64,000 nucleotides of DNA, from the NCBI GenBank assembly GCA_965153285.1, contig OZ229111.1. One strand, 5' to 3'. Positions within the stretch are counted from its first letter, which is position 1. Every line of letters begins with the position of its first letter. Positions 32,851 to 43,800 of the stretch are shown here, piece by piece. A model generated the notes under the pieces. The model was not told the origin of the DNA. It saw only the letters and a list, made by a program, of their open reading frames with translations, and did no database searches. The DNA comes from Podarcis tiliguerta (taxonomy: Eukaryota). The position numbers and the translations under genes were made by a program.

Positions 32851-34957
32851 TGCTACTGCTGCTCCCTTTCTCAGCAGGAAGGGCCGGTTTTATATACATT
32901 ATAAAGTGAAATAATTATTTTAAAACTTTGCAAACAAACAAACTATGGTTCCCAGGATTCTCTTGGGGGACTTGTGTGCTTTAAATGCTCATTGAATATG
33001 TGTTATGGATCCACCCTTAGATTCACTCTCTCCCCACTTGCTTCTCTACTCCACGGCCCCAGGCCAGTGTGCTGCTTTCCTCCTCCCCTGGTCCAACTCA
33101 GGCCTTAAGGATCTGCAGTGGCATGATCAACAACTACCACCACCACTACCTCCTAAGCTTCCTAGTGTCTCTATGCTAGAGATTTATTTCTAATATGTAG
33201 GTAGTTCCCACGCTTTAATTGACCTACCCTTTGCTACCTATCATCCACACACCACATGGGATAGGAACAGTGCTCCCACACTGCTCTTTTCGCAGGCATA
33301 TGATGTGCCAGTTCCTGCGCCGTAATTATTTCAAATCTGAGCTGTTGGTTTTGGGGTGGGGTGGGTGAAATGTTATAATGTTGCTTTATCTTTGTTGTTC
33401 TAAAATTTTGCAAGCTTTAGAATTGTTGTGAGTCACCTAAAGACCATTTGGCATTAGTCAACTAGCAAACAAAATAATAAAGCAATAATATTCCCAATTC
33501 TGTGCGCATACACCTGATCAGCATATGTTACTTTTCTATGTTTTGCCCCATAAGGAGAGTAGTAATTCCAAGAGAGGATCATCTTTTCAGAATCAGTCCC
33601 CCTTAAAGGAGGAGATGGGACCACTAGAAATCTGATTAAAGTCTTTCTGCTATCACATCTTCTTTGACCTTTAGACCAGAGAAGCCCAGGTTCAAATCCC
33701 TATGTAGACACTAAGCTTACTGGCTTACCTGGACAAGCTGTTATCTCTTGGCCTAACCTACCTCACAGGGTTGTTGTGAGAACCTGCGTATGACACCCTG
33801 AATTCCTGGTTGAAAAGGGTGGAATAAATCCATAATAAGCAAAACTAACAAGAATCTTTTTGGTCAATATGCATCCAAGAACCTTGTGAGGTAGTCATTT
33901 TTTAAATTTCCATTGGACATGAACTGAAGCAAACGAGAGAATCTGCAGCTGAGAGGGACCCTAACACACCTCAGGCCTCTCAGTCCAATACACTATCTAG
34001 TCCTGCAAGCTTAAATCAATATGATCAATTGATCAATAAACAAAAGCTTTAATTGAAGATTAACATTAATTGGTGGGGCTGAGAGATGCAGCCTCCTTTC
34101 CTATTGACACGGAAGCAGGGATCTTTCTGCCCCCCCCCCCCGCCCCAAGCAGAAGAGAGGGAGGTGAAAAGGGAGTAATGGAAGAGGAATGATGCTGGCT
34201 CAACTGCTGCATCCCCTCTTGGGGTGTGGATAGTTTCACAGTCTTCATCTCTGAATAAAAACCTGCAAAGTGCACATGCACTACACAGCCACATCAGCAT
34301 ACTAACACCTTTCTCCCTGCAGCAAAGCTGATTAAAAAGAACCTTCAATATGTTTTTTTTTTCTTCTGAAGGACCAACCTCCTTCCATATGGTTCTCCCT
34401 GCATGCTCTGGTCATCACCTGACATACTGCTCCAGATTCATTGACTCTGTGAAGCAAACAGCTTAGCTGCTGCACATGCGGCTTTTCCTTCAGTGACACT
34501 CACCCTGTAGAACGCCCTGCCAGCTGAGATCAGTCAGGCCCTGGCACTCTTATTTGTTTGTTTTTTTGCAATTATTTACTACCTCTCTGCCAAGGCCCCC
34601 AAGGTGCTATAATAATGTTTTCAGCAGTTGGTGAAACTTGGATCTTCATAAATACTATGTGATTTAATTGATATTGCTACTTGCAGTTTGACTGCTGTTC
34701 CCAGAATATTTTTTTTATTCTATGTTATTCATCGGTCACATAATGACAGTCATTATTTTTGGCTCATTATATTAACACGGGGTTTATTATTCTTGCTGTT
34801 TTGAATGAGGGTGTATATGATATTTGTTTGCTTGATTTCATTAGCTGACTTGATTTCCTATGGTGGGGTATAAGTTTTATAAATAAATTCTTCCAGTCCG
34901 AATCCAAAACTAGCATTTCAGGGTAAAACCTCCATAGCTATGCCTTTCCACCTAGTG

Positions 34958-35159
34958 CAGGCATGTCCATTTCAGGGGCCTAATTTGGCTCGCCGGTCGA
35001 TTTAATCTGGCCCCTGTGGCAGTATATGTCTTGGGGTAAAATACAAAAAAACTCAACTTTGGGGTAAAATTGTAAAAGAAGCTCAAAACTTCAGTCAGCC
35101 CTCACGCATGTTCACTTCATCAAATCTGGCCCTCTTTGAAAAAAGTTTGGGCACCCCTG
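34958..35159. mobile_element. Non-autonomous hAT element with an 8-bp TSD (ACCTAGTG)
   Basis: TSD at 34950-34957 and 35160-35167; CAGG...CCTG termini. Confidence 0.8.
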
Positions 35160-35176
35160 ACCTAGTGCTAATAGTA

Positions 35177-35418
35177 CAGTGGTACCTTGGTTTTCAAATG
35201 GTTTAGTTGTCGAAAAAATTGGCTCCCGAACACCGCAAACTTGGAAGTAAGTGTTTCGGTTTGTGAACACTTTTCAGAAACTGAACATCTGTCGCAGCTT
35301 CTGCTTGAGTGTAGGAAGCTCCTGCAGCCAATCAGAAGCCGTGCCTCAGTTTTCAAACAGTTTCAGGAGTCAAACGGACTCCCAGAACGGATTAAGTTTG
35401 AGTACCAAGGTACCACTG
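35177..35418. mobile_element. Tc1/mariner (Tigger-like) MITE
   Basis: TIR CAGTGGTACCTTGG...CCAAGGTACCACTG flanked by TA on both sides. Confidence 0.85.
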
Positions 35419-38400
35419 TAATCACAAAAAATGGTAGTGATCAACTAATATCAGTGCCAATGCATTCCTAAAATTTGGGTCTTTAGCATGGATGAGACTT
35501 GAATTCCCCCTCCAAAGCCACGTTGGCTGTAGGTTGTTGCTGTCATAGGTATTATTACTTGGCAGACAAGCCAAACTGAAGAGAAATACATTTCCCCCTC
35601 TAATTATACATAGCAGTAGTTTTGTTTATTGAACTGAAATTTCCTGCATGTTTAAAAGAAGCGACATCCTTCCTTCACTTGCCCTTAAGAGGCTCCTAGA
35701 TTGACATTTTGTTCATGTGAGAGTCTATTTAATCACTCTGATCACACGGGCACACACACACACACACATTTCAGTGCTGACCTGGAACAGACATACCATC
35801 AAATCATGCACTCGATTTCTACACCACAGTACGATCTCTTTGCACATTTCACCCATCTCTCTGTTCATATCTGGAATGGTTCTTTTCATGCCCAGATGCA
35901 TAAAACATGTACCGTTATTGCAAAAAGGGAGCCAATTAGTTGCCAGTAGCTGCCTATCTCATCCTCCTGCCTCTTGACTGGGGACAGTCTCCTTGTCCCT
36001 GATTGGCTATGGCTACCTGGATGTGGCTGAAATGAGGCAGCGCCCTTCCCCAAGGCAATGCAGCTACAGCACTCAAAGTGAATGTTCAATAACGCCATTG
36101 GCTAGACTGGGGGCAGGGGTTGTTGTTTTCTGTCAGGATCCCCGAGGCCCTTTCTTCTGGCTGTATAAAGCAGAGTTTCACATGTGCGTTACTCCAGATC
36201 ATAGGAATATAGGAAACTGGATTATACCAGGTCAGACTCTTTGTTCATTGACTGGCATCAGCTTTCCAAAGAATGGCTTTCCCCATCACCTGCTACCGGA
36301 TCTTCACCGCTCGACCAAGACTTTAGCTGAAGCAGATGCCAAAGGATGCCCTAGCCATCACTTTTTTTAAAGTCGTGCTACGCAGACATTAAATTCCTGC
36401 CGCATTTATTCCTCCCACTCCCTGCTTGGCCTCCAGAATCAGCTTGCTTCAGTCTGCTGCATGGCGGATTCTTCCACCTGGATTGAAACTGGGTTCTTCT
36501 ATGTACAAAACATGGACTCTGCCACTAGGTCACTGTCCCCAGTGATGGGTGCATGAACACTTCATTCCCAGTGTCCTGAACCGATGCCTTCATGGAGAGG
36601 CACCAAATGGCAGCTGCTGCTTTGGTTTCTACACACTCTGGATGATTGGCCTGCCTATCTGGCGCATCTCAGGAGAAGAGGCATTTGAAACCCCAAGGGA
36701 GAGAAGAGTCAAGGCGCATCATGGAAGGCAAGAGAATGTGGGGAGGGGGGAGCCCTGAAGCTCCCTCCCCCCAGCCTCAGGGACTGGGCTCTCCTTCCAA
36801 CAACAGCTAATAAAGCGGACTTCTAAATAAGCATTTGATTAACAAATGCTAAAGCGGCGATTGTGTCACTGCGCGGAGCTGTAATTGCTGCTGATAATTG
36901 GCTGCTTAGAATTTAATAAGCAATTAAACAGAATGGAATGCAGGGGAATTAACGCCGAGCCTGCTCCCCGCCTGCTCCCCGCCCACCTGCACACTTTCCA
37001 CCTGCTCCCCACATATACCCCTTCCCCACATGCTCCACACCCACCCGTTTGCCTCCCACAAAGCCCCCCACATATCCAGTCCTCATCTGTGGGCTTCCCA
37101 CATGCACCCCTCATGCCAGAAAGCCCACTTGTGCCAGAAGGGATTGGAAGTCTGACAGTAGAGTGATTTTCCTCACACCCCTGTCAGGCTTCCAAGATGT
37201 TCGATCCACCTACATGCTTCCTATAGGTTCTCCTTGCCAGACTTTTCACATGTGCAATGCAAATATCCCTGGACTTGCTTGCCTGTCTCACAGTGGCTCA
37301 TGACTTCCTGAGCTCCCTTCATGCTCCACCCCAAGCACCTCTCAGACTCCTGGCATTCAGCCTAAAAGCACATGAGGTGAGCACCTTGCTGCAGCTAAGC
37401 GGTTCTGGCTTTGATCAGTGCCTGGAAGGGAGACGCCTCTTGGGAACCCAAAGTATGCCACCTTGGTTTCCATCATGGAGCAGAATCAGGTGGGCCATAA
37501 ATGCTAAATAAACCAGTGCATCTTTCACAGACAGAACTGCTGTGCTTGCATTTCTTTTATGTCCTGTTCTCACCTGCAAATTTCAGAATGTGCACACATT
37601 CGCTATATGCCTTCATATGACACCCCCCATGCCCCCCAAGACACCTCCAGCTCTTGCATACCTTGCAGGCATTACTTCTGGCATTTGTTGGACCCCCTTA
37701 ATGATCATATTCCTTGGGGCTGCCGCACCAAAATATGTGCTAGACTAGATTGACTTCTCAGTTCTTCAGAAGTCCATTTCAAAGTGCCCGTCCCTTCAAA
37801 AGCAGCTTCTGGAGACTCAACAATCAGCTGGTTGTCAGATGTCCTGAAGCTCTTTCAAAGTGCAGCTTGAGAGAGCGCTTTGATAAGGACTTCTGAAGAC
37901 CCCTGTAGGCAAAAAAGGTTACCTGCCATCACTGATAGGTGATTCTTCCCGTCTGTCCAACTTGGCCAGAGAGGGGTTGGGGAGATACCGAGATCTCTTC
38001 CAGTACCCCTGGGCTAAAACGTTGTGCTAGGACTGGGAAGACCCTGGCTCACATCCTCATTTGCCAAGAAGCTCGCAGGGTAATCTTAGGCCAGAGACTC
38101 TTGCTCAGCTTAGCCTCAGGGGCAGGCGGTGGAGGGGAAGAGAACCAAATATGTCACTTGGAGCTCTTTGGAGGAAAGGTAGGATATAAAAAAATTAATA
38201 GGCAGCTAAACTGTTGCTAGAAGCAACTAACTAGATGTAAATGGGAATCTACCCCAAGCATAATGATGAGACTGAAGAGAGCTATAAACAATCTGAAGAC
38301 AGCTATAAAGAGGGAAGCCGCCACAAAAATATAATATTTGTACTTGTCCTCAGGTTCTTAACCAGCCTGCTATTATCAGACTGAGGTCTATCTAGTCCAG

Positions 38401-39010
38401 CATTCTTTGTCTAAAAATGCTCAGGGCAGCTTTTACATAGGCAGCTTCTTTTGAAGAAAAGAGCCCTAGAGACTTGTGATGTTGTAATCATTATTTTTTA
38501 TTTACTAATCCGTAAAGGCTGAATGGGTATTACAGGGCCGCAGAAGCAAGTCCATAGTGCAAGTAGTACCAGTCCCAAAGTGAAAGCAAAGCCAGTCTTA
38601 AAACAAAAGATGACCCTGCCAGGTCTTCCTTCACACACACACTGCCAGGTAAAAACTAGTTTCTGCTGATGATCTAACTCCAGGTACATTTCAGGTGCTT
38701 GGAACAAAGGGCTTTGAGACAAACTGATGGTTACTTCCCATTTGTCCACCATCAGTGACCAGGCCATACTAAAGCCCCCCCAAAGATGGGCCCTGACTCC
38801 ATTTTGCATGATAGAACAGCATGGCTCAGATGAACATGATTCATTAGCCCTTGCCTCTGCAACCATGTTGTCTCCATCACCATGGACTTCCCCCATTCCA
38901 TTCATTGCTTTCAAAACCAAACCTCTACGTAGACTTCAAAAATCCATATCTAAATGGCAAAATGATGTCAAAATTAGCAGATCCACTGACATATGCTAAC
39001 AGTTCTTCTG

Positions 39011-39079
39011 GAAGAAGAAGAAGAAGAAGAAGAAGAAGAAGAAGAAGAAGAAGAAGAAGAAGAAGAAGAAGAAGAAGAA
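39011..39079. repeat. (GAA)23 microsatellite
   Basis: Read directly from the sequence; uninterrupted. Confidence 0.95.
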
Positions 39080-40594
39080 ATGGCTTTGTGAGACTGAATC
39101 CAGAGGATGGTGATTTTGCAAGTAGCACACAGCAAACAGTTATTCCCTTGGAGGGAAAGAAAGAAGCTCATTGTTTAGAAATAAGCTTCTACCACACAGC
39201 TGAGCCCCATGGATCCCACTGAGCTGTCACCTCAAACTCACCCTCACCTGGGCTCTGCAAAGGTAAGAGATTTTCCAGAATCTTCTGGCAACCCCTAGAA
39301 TTCCAGCTAGAGGGAATTAGAGAAAATCTTGCAACCCCCTAGTCTAGTGTGGGCTAGAAAGAAGACAGAGAACCCCGTCCATTGGAGGAAGAGCTAAACA
39401 TTAGAGCTTTGGAGGGGGAGGGTCTGACTCACAATGGAAATATAACAACAAAACCTTCCGTCAAATGTGCAGATAAGAAGCTCTGGCTTATTTGAGTGAT
39501 GCATGCCAAGAGGGTAAGAATTGTTTATTAAACCTTTTGACAGCAGAAAAAAAAACATCATGGCTAAGGCAAGGAAGTCTCTTTCGCTGCCACCGAAAGA
39601 CTGGCTGACTAAACAGTGAGAAATTGCAGAGATGTAGAAACTGGCATTTTATGTTCATCCGAGAGAGGAGAGATTAAATATAGAATCATCATCTGTGAGT
39701 AAGTGGAAATTATTTCTGAACTGCTGGAATAATATACAAGGGGCAAATTCCATCTCAAATCAAGCGCTGGCTTTGTTTTCCATGGCAGGGAGCTGCATGC
39801 AGCCCCACCACCGCAGCCCCCTGCCGCCACCAGGGCTTCATCAAGCCCAGAACACAATGGAGGACAAGGAGAGGGGCCGGGACATGGGCAGGGCAGGGCC
39901 CGGGCCTTCCCCTTCTGACCAGCTCCCACAAAAGCAGAGCTGCCTCAGCTTCCACCCCTGTGGTGCCCTCACACTCTGTTGTAAATAATGCTTTTACAAC
40001 AGGAGTGGAGAATCATTTTCAGTCTGGGAGCCACATTCCTCATTGAGCAACCTTCTGGGGGCCACATGCTGGCAGTGGATGGGGCCTGCCTGTCTTCCAT
40101 CCAGTCAGACAGGAGACATTAGCAGAGCAAAACCAGATAGGCAAAAACAGCCCGAGGGGGTGGAAAGCAGGGCTATTGTACAGGGCATGTCTTGGGGAAA
40201 GGCTGTTGGCTTCAGAGAGACACCAGAGTCAGTTAAAGAGGCCTGAGGGCCACATTTAACCTGAGATTTCTCATCTGTGTATCAGAACTGCGACACCCAA
40301 AATGGAGGGCAAGGCAATGAGGAAACCCTCTTGGCCCACATGGAAGGCAGTCAGAGCAGCAGCTCTGCACTTTCCCCATCAACTTCCCTTGTGGAGTTTG
40401 AGGCTAGAGGTGACTTGGCAGTTGGGAATGATCCAGCCTCTGAGATCTGGGGGCAGCAAGCCAGCGAGTTTCAATAGCAACAGTTTTCTGTGGCAAAAAA
40501 GTGCCCAAAATTACTTTCTTCCTCCTACCTGGCAGGCATGGAGGCTGGTGGGCAGGGTGGGGGGAACCTGTGTGTGTGAGGCGGAGTGGAGAGA

Positions 40595-40634
40595 GGATGG
40601 ATGGATGGATGGATGGATGGATGGATGGATGGAT
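40595..40634. repeat. (GGAT)10 microsatellite
   Basis: Read directly from the sequence. Confidence 0.95.
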
Positions 40635-40774
40635 GGAGAATGAATAAGTGAATGAATGGGTGAGAGGCTGGGAGCAAGTGAAAGCTGACGGTCCCAGAAG
40701 GAGGGAGCCAAGCTTGCAGGGTGAGGGGAGCCTGTGTCTATCCATGTAAAATGGGTGCAAGTTAATAGTGTGAG

Positions 40775-40777
<3 letters not shown>

Positions 40778-40822
<45 letters not shown>
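40778..40822. repeat. (GA)n microsatellite
   Basis: Read directly from the sequence. Confidence 0.95.
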
Positions 40823-40826
<4 letters not shown>

Positions 40827-43800
40827 CATAAAATGATACATGAATGGAGGAGACAGATAGATATGGAAAGATAGAAAAGAGCTGTCCCTGCTAGTTTTTG
40901 GATTTGGCTCTGCCCACTGCTGGTATGCAGCCCTAGATTACTCCCCACCCAGGAGAATGCAGCTACCAGCCCTGAAAATGATGGTGTACCACCATATTTT
41001 TTTACCAAGTCCAGTCTTAGGCCAATTGGGAGCCTCATTCATGCCCCCTGGATCTTGGCTTCCTGCCTTTGGGGTCCCTGGCCTCCTGCCCTGCCTGCAA
41101 CACTGAGGAGACCTCTTTCCTCCCTTGCCCCTGTTGTTACTGAGCAAAGTGTCCCAAGGCCCTTTCCACCTGCTCCTGCACCAAGCCCTACAAGCCCCAT
41201 CCCAGGCATAGCAGCCACTGAACAGGCGCTGCCTAAACAGCATTCCTGTCACCCACTTCTTCCATCGGTCAGGCTGGCACAGAGAGCCTGAAGGATGCTC
41301 TGTGCCCTGCAGCCTCCCAGCAAGCCAGAAGAGGGCAGCATGGACTGGTGCGGAGAGAATGCCTTTGCTGAGTCAAACACGCAGCCCCCTCCCGCCACAA
41401 CTGGCCCCATGTCAGCCAGATGTGCGATGGCACAGACCACTTACTGCAGCTGGGAAAGAGGAGCCGGGGGCAGGAGAACTCCCCCCCCCCGCCCTTGGCT
41501 CCCAGAGACTCAACCTGCCAGGCATTGCACCCTGCTCACGTCTGGCTGCCGAGAGTAGTAAGGTGCAGCAGCTAATTTACGTGGGGAAGATAAACGGCGC
41601 CATAACGCTCCGGTTATTACCCCTCAGCACTTTTACAGCGTTGCTGGCAATTAATTTAATTAAAACCCCTGTCCTGGATATAAAGGCATTTCATAACTCA
41701 CTGATTTAACAACTCTCAACCCCCCACCCCACTCCCTAGCCTAGCTGCCTGCAGCTCAAGCAGGGGGGCATCTGGGTCCAACAAACACTAGCACAGGTAT
41801 GTCTGCATGTGCAAGGAACTGTGCACACTTAAGCCTGTCAGGCAGACGTGCCATAAAATGTACACATGCAGCAAGCATGCCGCTGTACCTGCAGGCAAAT
41901 GCACTTGTAGAGGCACACAGAAAATACATCAAGTACCCATTGCATCCTTCCTTCATACCCATTTAGATGCAGCAAACTCAAAAAATGGTACCCAGAATCT
42001 ATGCACCGACAAACACAGCACTGTGTATACATGCCTGTGAGAGGCTTGTGAAATAAAATGCAATTGCCATGCAACTGCTCTGCAAGATGCACATGAGATG
42101 CTCAAAAATGTGTCTTAAAATATACACATCAGTTTGCCAGACAGCCACTCCACTCACATATCAAATACTCTGGTTGTAATCCTGGATTATGCAGCCTCCT
42201 ATGGTTTTACACAAACATATCCTGTGCATCTGCCCAATTCATCTATTGCCAGGCAAGCCACCTACGGCCAGAAACATCATCTTATTGGAAACCACTTTAT
42301 TTATTCCATTTACTCCTCATTAAGCCACATTATGGCAATAAAGTGCAATGTGCCCTTTTCTTCTCCTCTCCGTCCCCAGCCAAAGGCCTCTTGGGCCTGG
42401 CACAGGGAAAGAGCACCTGGCAATGCAAGAGGGCTGCTGCTGCTGCTGCTGCAGAGCCCTGCGCTTTTAATCCCACCAGGTGAAGTGAATTTAGCAGCCT
42501 CTAAAATTGGGCATTCAGCTTTGTCACAAAAACTAATGCACACAATCTAGCACAGTAGCGCAAGCACCGGTCCCTGTTGAGAGGGAGCTCTAAATGGGAG
42601 GTTTAGAGGTGTGGAGGTAGAAGATTGAGGGTGCTAGCAGAAGCTGACGGTGGAAGGGGGGAGAGTGCAGAAGGAGGGAAGCAGGTGAGGCAGAATAAGA
42701 GGGAGCCCAGATACAAGCCACCAGTTTGCTGCTGTCTGGTAGTAGGTGCATTGGCAGCACTAAACATTGCCCATATATCCTTATTTGGAAGGATTGCGAG
42801 ATGGGGGTGAAGGTGGGGAATATCTGCAGTGCTGTGCATATGGGAACACAAACCTGGGATTAGGAAAAGGTGCAGAAAGATCAGGAACGGGTCTGGTGTT
42901 AGCAGAGGTGAAGGCGGCAGGGAGAGGAAGTCGGGGTAACAATGCGCCGCAGAAGTTAGGAATGGCGCCGCTCCAGAAAACAGAATTGCTCTAGCCAAAC
43001 TGCGGAGCATGCATTTTGCCTGTAGGAAAACGGCATTTCCCCTTCAACTAACACATCGATACTGAATTGCACTTGTGATGGAGAAGCACCTGGCGCTCAT
43101 TGGTTGAGCGGGTGAGATTACTCAGAATGTTTGCTTACCTGCTCGGGGAACTAAACAATTTGCAATCCATTTTCTACGAAGGAAAGGAAAGCCGTCACTT
43201 TGGCTGGGAATCAAGAGGTACAAGAAAAGATATTGAAAAGCTAAGGTGCAGGGAGCCCCTAAGCAGTGAAAGCAGAACCAAGGGGCTGACTAGGCCCTTG
43301 AAGAGACAAGGAAGGCAAACATAGACATTGGGCGCCACAGGGTGCTGAAGACAAGCAAGGAGAAGAAAAGGAGAAAGCAGGACTGGGACTGAACACTGTG
43401 TTAAGGAAGCAGGAAGGAGATATAGGGACTCTGGACCAAGGAGGCCAAGAGAGGGCAACTGATGTGTGGGACTTTTGGCCCTCCAGATCAGCCCCATCAG
43501 CCCCAGAAAGCATGGCTGGTGGCCAAGGATTATGAGAGCTGTAGTTCAGCAGCATCTGGAGGTCCACAGGTTCCTCACACCTGAGCTTCAGGGTACTAGA
43601 TGTGGATTCTAAACCCTAACAGGGTACTCTGACAGTCATGGCTTCAGTGGTCTCTGCAGCACTGTGACCTCCCAAGCAATCTTGAGCAGTCAATGAGGGA
43701 CAAATAGTAGGGCTGAGCCCACATACAACTATGGGCTTCTCCATTTGAACTAGAAAAGAATAGTCTGCACCCACATGAATTTGTATATTGCATATACTTG

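Noticed and set aside
32150-32900. CpG island as the canonical signal-peptide exon 1 of UNC5A
   Set aside because: No frame encodes a hydrophobic signal peptide ending at a phase-1 donor; the true exon 1 is presumably beyond position 64000
38851-39222. ORF with poly-Arg (poly-Leu and poly-Ser on the other strand)
   Set aside because: Translation artefact of the (GAA)23 microsatellite
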